Origin: Candidatus Bathyarchaeota archaeon | GTDB lineage: Archaea; Thermoproteota; Bathyarchaeia; Bathyarchaeales; Bathycorpusculaceae | NCBI GenBank assembly: GCA_963717465.1 | Contig: OY970340.1 | Location: forward strand, 2,016,001 to 2,080,000 | Direction: 5' to 3' | DNA: 64,000 nucleotides | Shown here: positions 34,148 to 44,097 of the stretch, piece by piece | Layout of the letters: every line of letters starts with the position of its first letter | Numbering within the stretch: position 1 is the stretch's first letter | Notes under the pieces: model-generated | Seen by the model: the letters and a program-made list of their open reading frames with translations, nothing else | Told to the model about the DNA's origin: nothing | Databases searched by the model: none | Position numbers and translations under genes: made by a program

Positions 34148-35785
34148 CTACTGTCGAATACTTTTAACGTACATTACTGCTACCGCAGCTGATAAGCCGC
34201 CGATAAGTCCAAGTCCAATGTACAGACCGTATGCATCAATGAATGAGGGTCCGTTAACAGTTACCTGAATTTCATTGCTGTTGCATGGGTAAGTGTCATT
34301 GCTTCCCAGAAAGGTTGCTTGCAAAAGATAAGTTCCCGTCCCGCTTGGTTGAAATGAAGCCGTGAAAGTACCGTTATCGAGGCTTGTACACTGAATGCTT
34401 TCTTCGCTTTTTACAGACATGCATGTAATGTTGATCGGAGCGTTTCCAATCGAAATTGTCCCGGTAACAGTTATGTTATTTCCATCGCTCACGCTGCTTC
34501 GTAGAGCGTTAAACTGGGTTATTGTCGCGGTATCTTTCACTGCGAAGTTTCCTGACGCAGTAAGCTCATTTTCAAGTGTGTCGCAAGCTTGAATTTCGTA
34601 TTGCACTAATGAACCAGCTTGTTGTTGTGGAATTGTAGCATTGCAAGTCATGTTGTCACGCGCCATGTTAATTTCTGTTGCAGTTTCCCAATTGTCAGTT
34701 GTATACTGAAGTGTAGCGTTTTCAAGTGCAGTCGTGTTTGTAGTATAAGATATCAAAGTCTCGTTATTAGGCGTAACTCTAATTGGTGTTGTTAGAGGTG
34801 TGAGCGCCTCATCATCGAAGCTGGTTTTAACTAAGAATTGAATTGTCCCCGAACCAGAGTGACCCATAAAGACTAAATGGTAAACTTTCAAACTCGATGA
34901 AGCTGCGCTATTGGAAGTGTAATTGATAAACATGTCTTGTCCAGAAAATTCAGAACTTGCGTAGATGATGCCTTGATATGATCCACTATCCATGTTATAT
35001 CCTCCAACATCAGTGATGTTTCCATACAATGCACTCTCTACGGGCAAAATTACACCATTTAACTGCATTGAACTGCTGTCACTCATCAAATACAGTCTTG
35101 CCTCATACATGTCAAGAGAATCAGGCACGTTCACGTATACCTCAATTTGCGAACTGTTTGTCACAAACTCAAAGGCCCAGTTCGTATTATACTGTGACTG
35201 GTCTCCATTCATGCCTTGGACAAAAAGAGAATACCAAGTGTCACATTCTGCATGTTCCATTATCATGAAAGATGCCGCTTCCGAGCCGTGACTTTCTCCC
35301 ACGTCATTACTAATGACAAAAGTATAATTACCCGTGAATTCGGGAATAAAATATGGATCATCCACAGTTGTGCCTAAATTAGGTGCAACGCCTGCGGCGG
35401 GTGTATGCGCGCTTTCTAACGTACCATCAGGATTGTAAACATAAACGTCATAGTCAGTTAACGCCGAGGACCCATTGCTAATGTAAGCACCGTAAAGATA
35501 AATATGATACATGTGATTTGCTTGCAAGGGACAAATTATGGTATAGTTTTGTCCAATAGGAATACTGTTGTTTGCAATATAAACTGGAAAACCTGGTTTT
35601 TCAAGGTAAGTATAATTGCCCCATGTTGAACTGTACAAGTTGTTTAAAACATAACTTTGATACTCCGTCTGCCCTTGCGCTACGTTTACTTTTAAGCCAA
35701 ACGACATAAAGACTAATAGGATTATTACTGCAAACGTTAAAGCAACGTTAATTCTCTTGTATAGCACTCTTTTCAAGATTGGCAC
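34148..35785 (-). CDS. Cell-surface protein with beta-sandwich/Ig-like domains and C-terminal TM anchor
   Basis: Signal peptide, beta-rich sequence, C-terminal TM with basic tail. Confidence 0.65.
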   Translation of the reverse strand: MPILKRVLYKRINVALTFAVIILLVFMSFGLKVNVAQGQTEYQSYVLNNLYSSTWGNYTYLEKPGFPVYIANNSIPIGQNYTIICPLQANHMYHIYLYGAYISNGSSALTDYDVYVYNPDGTLESAHTPAAGVAPNLGTTVDDPYFIPEFTGNYTFVISNDVGESHGSEAASFMIMEHAECDTWYSLFVQGMNGDQSQYNTNWAFEFVTNSSQIEVYVNVPDSLDMYEARLYLMSDSSSMQLNGVILPVESALYGNITDVGGYNMDSGSYQGIIYASSEFSGQDMFINYTSNSAASSSLKVYHLVFMGHSGSGTIQFLVKTSFDDEALTPLTTPIRVTPNNETLISYTTNTTALENATLQYTTDNWETATEINMARDNMTCNATIPQQQAGSLVQYEIQACDTLENELTASGNFAVKDTATITQFNALRSSVSDGNNITVTGTISIGNAPINITCMSVKSEESIQCTSLDNGTFTASFQPSGTGTYLLQATFLGSNDTYPCNSNEIQVTVNGPSFIDAYGLYIGLGLIGGLSAAVAVMYVKSIRQ

Positions 35786-36121
35786 TTAACCTCATCAATA
35801 TGGATAATCAGCGTTGACTCTTTATGATGATATAGGTTATGAAAAGTCGATACAAATTTAAAATCAACATTCAAACTTACCTTTTTGAGCCTCAATTAAC
35901 AAAAAGATTCGACTAATCGGAAGACGTTTTCTAAAGAATCAAAAACGCATTTAAAACAAGACTATGTATGCATAACCGATATGACATCCTCATGTTGCTT
36001 TCTCGGCTTAAATTTGCCTTTGTTACCGGCGTGTACTGATGCAAAACGTGCCCGATGACCTTTTGTGTGAAATTCGGATAACTATTATATACTCAGGCAC
36101 TTTAGGTGTATTGCTAAGGCG

Positions 36122-36487
36122 ATGTTTTTGGGTAACCTCAATTTTGTGGAGGCAGTTAAGGGAAAGTCTGAGCTCGAGTTGACCGTCACAGGTAGAAGGA
36201 CAAAAAAAGCACATTCCATGACGGTTTGGTTCTGTGCAGATGCAGACAAAATTTATCTTATACCCGTCAACGGTACAGATACTGAGTGGTACAAGAATAT
36301 CTTAAGGGATTCAAGCATCACTTTGACTATCGGTAAGACATCTGTTAAAAGCAAGGCTGAGACTATCACTGAACCTAATCGCGTGAAGAAAATAGTGGAG
36401 CTTTTCGCTAAGAAGTATGCTCGGATGGGTGAGATGAACAAGTGGTACAAAAAATTGGATGTCGCTATCGAGATTGCCTTGGCATAG
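36122..36487 (+). CDS. Split beta-barrel deazaflavin(F420)/flavin-dependent oxidoreductase-like protein
   Basis: LTVTGRRT..VWF..WYKNI pattern. Confidence 0.7.
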   Translation: MFLGNLNFVEAVKGKSELELTVTGRRTKKAHSMTVWFCADADKIYLIPVNGTDTEWYKNILRDSSITLTIGKTSVKSKAETITEPNRVKKIVELFAKKYARMGEMNKWYKKLDVAIEIALA

Positions 36488-36562
36488 ATTACGGTGGACT
36501 TTTTTGTGACTTGAAGCAAGGCGTTGGTTAATTAATAGCGGCACCGACACCTGAATTTGTCT

Positions 36563-37612
36563 TTATTTGAAATGGGCGATGAGCAAGGGCAGGTCGACAG
36601 TCGTTCGAATTCCTGGGGGACCATCGCACACGGTGGGAATCGCGTTCACGCAGATGTTAGAAACATAGGCGGGCGAGGTGTTTTTGTAGTCTTTCTTGTC
36701 AAAGCGAATGTCAATGTCTAAGGGCGCGTCACCCTCAATCTCGACATGCCAGCCATTGTAGTCTCGAATATTTAATGCTGGTTCGAGGTCTTTAGTGATG
36801 TACCAAGTGGGGCGGAATGTGATTAGGGGTTTTCCGTTAAGCATGCCGACAACTTCGAATTGCCATGCTCCTACTTTGCCTGCCTGGATTGTTGCTACTC
36901 CAATCTGAACCGTTTTTTTTGCGGCTGCTACTATTCCTTTTGCTTTGACCTCGTCGATAGGTACCGAGAAAGCTTTTGCGATTTGGCGAAAAGATTGACC
37001 GAATTGATAGCAGAGGCTTTCGGCAACACCGCTTAAGTCCATTTCTGATGGATTGCTGCCGAACATCATGTCGACGAGTTCTGGTGAGGCACGAGTTGTC
37101 ATATCGGCAAACTCTTCGATAAGCAAGTGGTCGAGTCTACAAACCATGGTGGTCGCAGCAAGCGGAATGATTTCAGTGATGAAACCTGGACTTGGACCAG
37201 TAGCGTAAAGCGATGTTTTGCCACGGGCGCAAGCATCCTCGATTTGGTGTCGTATATCCTGATCAATGCTCTCTGGGTCATGATAATCCGTGTACGACGT
37301 TACGATATTAATTCCAGATTCTAGAAGGTGGCATATATCGTTAAGATCTGCACCTCCAGTCATTGGCATATAGAGCACGCAGTCTGGCTTAGCGGCGATT
37401 ATATCATCAATGTTGTTAGTGGCTATAATTCCTGTCCTTTCAACTCCGCACAATTCACCTGCATCTTTACCTACTTTTTCATCTGAGTACACATACACTC
37501 CAACCAATTCGTACTTCGGGTGCTGTATAACTGTTCGCAAAGCGCGCTTTCCTGTATGACCTGTTCCCCATTGTGCCACACGATAACGCTTTTTGATATT
37601 ATTTTTGTCCAT
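36563..37612 (-). CDS. DapB-like / 2,4-diaminopentanoate dehydrogenase-family NAD(P)H amine dehydrogenase
   Basis: VAQWGTGHTG, GKDAGELCG, TG.SPGF, NAIP.VC.GPPGI.T..DLP. Confidence 0.75.
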   Translation of the reverse strand: MDKNNIKKRYRVAQWGTGHTGKRALRTVIQHPKYELVGVYVYSDEKVGKDAGELCGVERTGIIATNNIDDIIAAKPDCVLYMPMTGGADLNDICHLLESGINIVTSYTDYHDPESIDQDIRHQIEDACARGKTSLYATGPSPGFITEIIPLAATTMVCRLDHLLIEEFADMTTRASPELVDMMFGSNPSEMDLSGVAESLCYQFGQSFRQIAKAFSVPIDEVKAKGIVAAAKKTVQIGVATIQAGKVGAWQFEVVGMLNGKPLITFRPTWYITKDLEPALNIRDYNGWHVEIEGDAPLDIDIRFDKKDYKNTSPAYVSNICVNAIPTVCDGPPGIRTTVDLPLLIAHFK

Positions 37613-37958
37613 TAAAAAACCTCACAAATGTTACCATAGAAAGCTCTTATATAATGTTGCATATATCATGCTTTCTATATTCTCACAAATGGATGAGCAA
37701 CACTCGTTATACCGTGAACTCGTTGCCAACACATTTGTCACAGATTCGCCATCCAAATTGAAAAATGCTGCCTAAATTCTATAAATATTGTAAGATTAAA
37801 TTTAAAAAATGAACAGAGTCTTGTTCTTAAAGAGGAAAGTTAAGAGGGGCAGCACGTACTCCTAATTCATTTATCTCCTAATTTTACTCCCCTCTAACTA
37901 TCCGACTTTTTCGAAGCTTATTTGCAATTTCTGAGAATAACAATAAATGTAACTGATG

Positions 37959-38534
37959 TTAAATCGTGGTTTTTCTTTGTTTAAGATAGTCTATTTTTGC
38001 ATCTGGTGGAAGGAACAGTGATTCAATGTTTCTTAGCGAGAATGGTTTGAGAACGAGGGCTTCTTTGTCTGTGGTAATATTGAAATTTTGCATGCTCCAT
38101 GTGCGACTTTTCTGTTCGCCTCTTAGTCTTCTGAGGAATGACAAGTAGCTTTCATAGTTTTTGTGAACAGATATCATCATTATGTTTGCGTCCAAGCCTT
38201 GTCCTTCCATGCAGCAGAGTATTTCTGGTTGTTCACCCATCCATTTCCGAGCTTTTGATATTTGTTCCTGTGTTAGCGGCGCGGCAGGCGCACCGAATGA
38301 GAGTGCAATAATCTCTATGCCAAGCTTGTTGAAATTGGGTATCACTGTATACTCGTTTATGTAACCTTCTTGTTCTATCTCTTTCCTTCGTCTGGACGCT
38401 GAAGTGTTGGTTATTCCTAAATGTCTGGCAAGTTCTCTGTCGCTGCTTGCCCCTGCCTTTATTAGAGCCGCAAGAAACCTCAACTTTTCAAGAATTTTTT
38501 GGTTTTGACGGTTCTGTCTTGATCTTTCCGTCAC
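37959..38534 (-). CDS. Lrp/AsnC-like wHTH transcriptional regulator, divergent from the Mo/W enzyme
   Basis: SDRELARHLGI..ASRRRKEIEQEGYINEYTVIPNF.KLG. Confidence 0.8.
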   Translation of the reverse strand: MTERSRQNRQNQKILEKLRFLAALIKAGASSDRELARHLGITNTSASRRRKEIEQEGYINEYTVIPNFNKLGIEIIALSFGAPAAPLTQEQISKARKWMGEQPEILCCMEGQGLDANIMMISVHKNYESYLSFLRRLRGEQKSRTWSMQNFNITTDKEALVLKPFSLRNIESLFLPPDAKIDYLKQRKTTI

Positions 38535-38719
38535 TCTTCCTCACAGCTTAATTTATAGGACAATATACTATTAAAACTTGGCAATCTATTAAATCTTTTA
38601 CATATGTTCTAATAGTGTTGAAAAATTGGTTTTTTTGTTTAGATATATAGATGTAAATGCAACCAAGTTTTATTAATCGATAGTCACATGTATCCAATCT
38701 TAGCTATAGAGTAAATAAA

Positions 38720-41050
38720 ATGGGAGATAGAATGATGAGTGAACAAATTGTAGACCCTAAAAGTTTCGATGGACTTCACAGATGCATATGCGGTTTTTGC
38801 AGTACCGGATCTTGTCAATTGCTTGAAACAGTTCAAAACGGTAAAATCGTTAAGGTTGAACCTGACTGGGAAAGCCCATTTAACCCTGGGCCGTACTGTC
38901 AGAAGTGGAAGTACAGTCTAGAATACATTTACAACAAGGACAGGCCAATGTACCCAATGAAGCGCATTGGCAAGCGTGGCGAAGGCAAATGGCAAATAAT
39001 ATCCTGGGAGCAGGCGGTAAGCGAAATAGGCGCTAAGATGAAGGAAATCATTGCAAAGTATGGTGCTGAAACTACTTGTGGTTTCTGGGGTACAGGTCGA
39101 GCCGCAAACTTAGGTTTAGGGCTTGCTAGTTATTTTGTTTTGATTGGCAGTCCGAATTTTGGTTCGATTGCGGCTCAGACATGAGCTGGACCCACGAACC
39201 AGGCCCTAGGATTGGGTTATGGCGTGGGAATTACGTATGCAATGATTATCCCTGGCAAGACGAAAGGTATCTTTGTTGCTGGTACGAACCCGAGTGAGTC
39301 TTGGACTTATTCTTGGCCTGCTTTCGTTGCGGGATTGGAGGCTGGCACGAAAATGCTCTGTATTGATCCGCGATTCAGTGAGACTGCGAGGCTTTCTGAA
39401 AAATGGTTGGCGATTAGACCTGGGACTGATGCTGCATTGTTTATGGCAATGATAAACGTGCTCATTGAAGAGGACCTGTATGATCATGATTTTGTGGAGA
39501 AATGGACTTTTGGATTTGACAAGCTCAAGGAACGGGCTAAGCAGTATACGCCTGAGAAGGCTGCAGAGATAACTTGGATTCCAGCTGAGAAGATCAGGGA
39601 AGCAGCAAGGTTCATAGCGAAGAACAGTCCATGCACTTTCCCGTTTGCCTACGCGATTGAATCATCAGGCAGGAACTCTTTAAGCAACGTTCGCGCAAAA
39701 TACATGATGCCCGCGTTAACCGGCAACATCGATATTGAAGGCGGCGAATACCTACACGCAAAACCGAAATTTCTTGGCGGCACAATGGCAATGCACGATA
39801 TAGCTGCGTCAGCAGATGTTGATCAAATGATGAAGCAGGTTGGATTGGATAAGTATAGAGCGTTGAACTTTACGATTGCTCCCTTGATTAATCAGGCAGC
39901 TGATGCAAAAGGATACTGGACAGGTGGTGCTCACTCCTCTGGAACAAGAGGTCCAAACTTCCCGACCTTTACAGATACAATGGTATCAGAGAAGCCCTAT
40001 CCAATCAAAGCTATGATTTCCGGTGAAGTAGGTCCAATGCGGAATTATCCAAACATCAAGAAAGTCTATGAAGGTTTGAAGAAGCTTGAACTGTTCGTTT
40101 ACATTGAATGCGCTCAAATGACGCCTGAAGCAATGATCGCAGATTATGTTTTGCCTGGCACTAGTCAATTTGAGAGAAATTCCGGCTACGCGACTGTTTC
40201 ATGTCAAGGTGAAATTGAGTTTGAGATCGCTGGTGATCGTGCCGTTGCTAGCAAAATACCTGGACTATGGGATCTAAGAGATGATAGCATAATATACCGT
40301 GATCTCGCAGTTGCAACACTTGGAAACGAAAAAGTTGATAAAGTTTGGCCTTGGAAGACTTTAGAAGAGTTTCAGGACATTTTCTATGAGCCTGCTGGTT
40401 GGACGCGCAAACAGGTGATTGAGGAATGGAAGGGTGTTCCGCCGTATGAGCCGAAATTCAAGAAGTACGAGGAGATTGATCCTGAGACTGGACAGATTAG
40501 GGGCTTTGGTACTCCTGAGGGTAAAGTTGCTTTCTACTCTACGATTTTGGAGCAGCTTGATTATGATCCGTTGCCGTATTATCAGGAATGTGCTTGGACG
40601 CCAATCAGTGCACCTGACATCGCAAAAGACTTTCCGTTGATCATGTGTAGTGGTGCCAGATTCCAGGAAGCTCACCATGGCGAACTACGACATATTAGCT
40701 TGATGCGTCATTTGCGGCCTTTTCCACGTGTAAAAATGCATCCTTTGACAGCGCGTAATATGGGTATTGGTGATGGCGAGTGGGTTTACATTGAGACTCC
40801 TGTTGGCAGGTGCATGCAGCAAGTGCGGTACGATTTCGGCGTTAATCCGAAGGTTGTTTCGCCTGAGCATGGTTGGTGGCGTCCAGAATTGCCCGGTGAG
40901 GAGCCATTCTTGCATGGATGGACTGACTGGAACATTGACGTTACAATCCCGAACGATGCAGAACAACTTAGCCCAGAACTTGGAGCCTGGTGCTTCAAAG
41001 CGGCGCTCGCAAAAGTGTACTCAGCCAACATTGGACCAATGGGACCATAA
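38720..41050 (+). CDS. Cytoplasmic Mo/W-bisPGD oxidoreductase, acetylene-hydratase-like family, with in-frame TGA (39182-39184) at the metal-ligand position; candidate selenoprotein (~776 aa)
   Basis: The two track ORFs are in the same frame (offset 492 nt); CGFCSTGSC..C [4Fe-4S] motif; RGEGKWQIISW; GSPN..T*AGP; IDPR; IRPGTDAAL; C-terminal EHGWWRPE; no Tat signal. Confidence 0.85.
39185..39228 (+). promoter_or_regulatory. Putative bacterial-type SECIS hairpin within the CDS
   Basis: CCCACG(39191-96)/CGTGGG(39223-28), CCA/TGG and GGCCC/GGGTT pair around apical TAGGATT, 22 nt after the UGA. Confidence 0.6.
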
Positions 41051-41067
41051 ATTACGAGAAAATAGAT

Positions 41068-41090
41068 CTTTCCTCTTTTCTTTTTTTTTT
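41068..41090 (+). terminator. Archaeal oligo-T terminator after the Mo/W enzyme
   Basis: Pyrimidine run ending in T10, starting about 18 nt after the stop. Confidence 0.6.
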
Positions 41091-41169
41091 AAATCTCACG
41101 GCTTTATCAAATATTCTGATTTGATTTAATCATCACATTTAAAAGGACATAATAAACAAAAAGGGGTTC

Positions 41170-41532
41170 ATGAAAGCTAAAATAGTGAAGGCTAACTCGT
41201 TAAAGGAAACATTAATACGTGAAAACTGTGGTGTAGCCGAGAATTATCGTTCAAGAACTGTTTCCATCGCTCAAGCTCGAGTAAAACCTGGTAAAACAAC
41301 AGTTGCTCATCATCTTAAGGATGTTGAAGAAATTTATTTAATCATACAAGGCACAGGCAAAGTTTTTGTTGGCGACCTAACGCCTACTGAAATTGGAGTC
41401 GGCGATGTTGTTGTTATTCCGCCAAATGTCTCCCAGAAAATAGCAAACGTTGGCAAAACTGACCTAATTTTCAGCTGCATCTGCACTCCCTGTTTCACAG
41501 CAGAATGCTACGTGGATGAAGAAAAGCAATAG
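41170..41532 (+). CDS. Cupin-domain protein
   Basis: AHHL..VEEIY..IQGTG, GDVVVIPP, I.N.G. Confidence 0.85.
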   Translation: MKAKIVKANSLKETLIRENCGVAENYRSRTVSIAQARVKPGKTTVAHHLKDVEEIYLIIQGTGKVFVGDLTPTEIGVGDVVVIPPNVSQKIANVGKTDLIFSCICTPCFTAECYVDEEKQ

Positions 41533-41636
41533 CCAAACTCCTTTAACTCCTTAATGCAGCACAGAATTAGAAATACCGCAAACACCCTATTCTATGCTAA
41601 AAAAGGGAAGGGTAGAGCTGTATAGTTTAGTTCTTT

Positions 41637-41783
41637 CTACCCTTTTCTGATTTTTACTGTTTGGTTGGCCTCTTGTTTAGATTTATTCGCCCCATATTCA
41701 TTTCTGCAGGGCCCGCAAAGCCGCATACCGGCAACCATATATACACCCTTATTCTTTGCTCCGCATTTCTCACAATCTGCCAT
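41637..41783 (-). CDS. Small zinc-finger protein (48 aa, MADCEKCGAKNKGVYMVAGMRLCGPCRNEY...), not in ORF track
   Basis: CxxC-x15-CxxC; purine-rich SD-like sequence upstream; hairpin AAGGGTAGA/TCTACCCTT at the 3' end. Confidence 0.6.
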   Translation of the reverse strand: MADCEKCGAKNKGVYMVAGMRLCGPCRNEYGANKSKQEANQTVKIRKG

Positions 41784-42067
41784 TATTCATCCCTTTTAAC
41801 AAGTACGGTATGAACATACATAAAAATTCTTCGCTTGATAATGGTGATAAGATAAATTGTGATTCGCACGAATATATTTGAATGCATTCTTTCATAGGGC
41901 GTTTAGATTTCGTTGATTGTTGCATTACTTATGTGTGAAAATAAGAATATAAAGAAGAGAATGAACTTATCGAACTTGCAATTCTTGGGGAAATGCGAAT
42001 TTTTAGGAAAATTCTTATAAGTCGTTTTTTCTTGAGCTATCTGTCTAAGAATTTCTGAGGATCATAT

Positions 42068-44019
42068 ATGCAGTTTAAGTTAACAGCGCCCTACACGGCT
42101 TCACCGGGGCAAGAGGAAGCCGTCAAAAAGCTTGTCACTAACTTGGCCCACAAAGATAAGCAGACGCTCTTGGGCATCACAGGCAGCGGCAAAACCTTTG
42201 TTATGGCGAATTTAATTAATAAACTGCAAAAGCCCACCTTGATCATAGCTCATAATAAGATTTTAGCCGCCCAATTGTATGGTGAACTCAAAGAGCTTTT
42301 TCCTGAAAACCGTGTTGAATATTTTATTTCTTTTTATGATTATTACCAGCCTGAATCCTACATGCCTACAACAGATACGTACATTGAGAAAGATTCAGAT
42401 GTAAATGAACAGATTGAGAAAATGCGAATGCATGCTGTTTCAAGCATTGTCAGCCGTAACGACACGATTATTGTGGCAAGCATCAGTTGCATTTACAGTC
42501 TTGGTAACCCGGAAGATTTCAAAAGCCTAGCAGTCGAGTTAACTGTTGATAAACAATTTACTCGACAAGAGTTAATTCATGCTTTAGTTGATATGCAGTA
42601 TGAGCGTAACGATATGGCACTTGAACCGGGCAGGTTTCGAGTCCGCGGAGACGTGATAGATGTTGTTCCCGCCTACGAGAATGACATTTTGCGCGTAGAG
42701 TTGAATGGAAATAGAATTTGCAAAATTAAAGAAGTTGATCATTTAACTGGAAACGTAAAAGTGACTCTCGACAGAACCACACTTTACCCAGCAAGGCAAT
42801 ATGTAGTCCCTGAGGAAAAGCATGCACTTGCGCTTGAGCATATACAGCAAGAGTTGGATCAGCGGTTGCTTGAGCTTCCGCCTTTTGAAGCGCACAGGCT
42901 TAAGCAGAGGACAAATTATGATTTAGAGATGATTACGGGAAATTGGTTTCTGTTCTGGAATGGAAAATTACAGCAGGCATTTCGATGGGCGAAAACCAGG
43001 TGAGCCGCCGTTTACTTTGATGGATTATTTCCCAAAAGATTACTTGTTGATTATTGATGAGAGTCATCAGACAATTCCGCAATCAAGAGCCATGTACAAC
43101 GGTGACTATGCAAGGAAAAAGAACCTTGTGGATTTCGGCTTTAGACTGCCAAGCGCTATCGATAACAGGCCTTTAAAGTTTGAAGAGTTTGAGAAGAAAA
43201 TGGGCAAAACCCTTTTTGTATCTGCAACGCCTGCTGAGTATGAGTTGGAAAAAAGTGGTCCCGCCGGTGGAATTGATTACCCGGCCAACTGGTTTGCTTG
43301 ATCCAGAGATTGAACTTCACCCGATTGAAGGTCAAATGAAGCATTTGATGCTTGAAGCTAAGAAGACTATTGAGCGTGGAGACCGCATTTTAGTTACTAC
43401 GCTAACTAAGAGGATGGCTGAGGATTTAGCGGATTACCTTGCTAAAGAAGGCTTTCGTGTAAGGTACATGCATTCGGAAATTGAAAGTTTAGACCGTATA
43501 GAACTTGTGCGTCAACTAAGAGTAGGCGAATTCGATATTTTAGTGGGAATAAACTTGCTGCGTGAAGGTCTGGACATTCCAGAAGTTGCATCCATCTTCA
43601 TCTTAGACGCAGATAAAGAAGGCTTCTTACGAGACGAGCGAAGTTTAATTCAAACTATCGGGCGGGCTGCAAGAAACGTTAATGGAAAAGTATTCCTTTA
43701 TGGTGACGTTAAAACTCAGTCGATTAAGCGTGCGATGGAAATAACAAATTACAGGCGTGCTTTCCAAATGCGGTACAATAAAGTGCACAATATAACGCCT
43801 AAGACAATCGTAAAAGGTGTTTCTCATAAGGAAGGAGTAATCAAGGGTGCGAAACATTTGCCGAAGTCAGATATTCAAAGGCAAATAATCGAGTTTGACG
43901 CGCAAATGAGAGAGGCTGCTGAGAGACTGGATTTTGAGAAGGCTATTGAATTAAGAGATACGATCGCCATGTTGACTAAGTCGTTGTCTCAGAATGCGAG
44001 AATTGAGCAGTTGACATAG
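42068..44019 (+). CDS. uvrB: Excinuclease ABC subunit B (+1 indels near 42935 and 43260)
   Basis: [43 protein letters not shown]-terminal UVR domain across three frames. Confidence 0.93.
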
Positions 44020-44097
44020 GAAAATAACTGGTTTGATGCAAAAAGATACAAAAGCATAAATTAAAAGGTAGTATCTTGCGAAAGGCAGAAGGGAAAA

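Noticed and set aside
38720..41050. Two separate genes, or genome-wide UGA reassignment
   Set aside because: The split falls inside a domain at the ligand residue with frame preserved; TGA terminates many other genes normally.
41050..41660. Archaeal 3'-UTR SECIS
   Set aside because: Only a T-run and a terminator-like hairpin (AAGGGTAGA/TCTACCCTT) between convergent genes; I see no GAA/A or AUGA/GA core.
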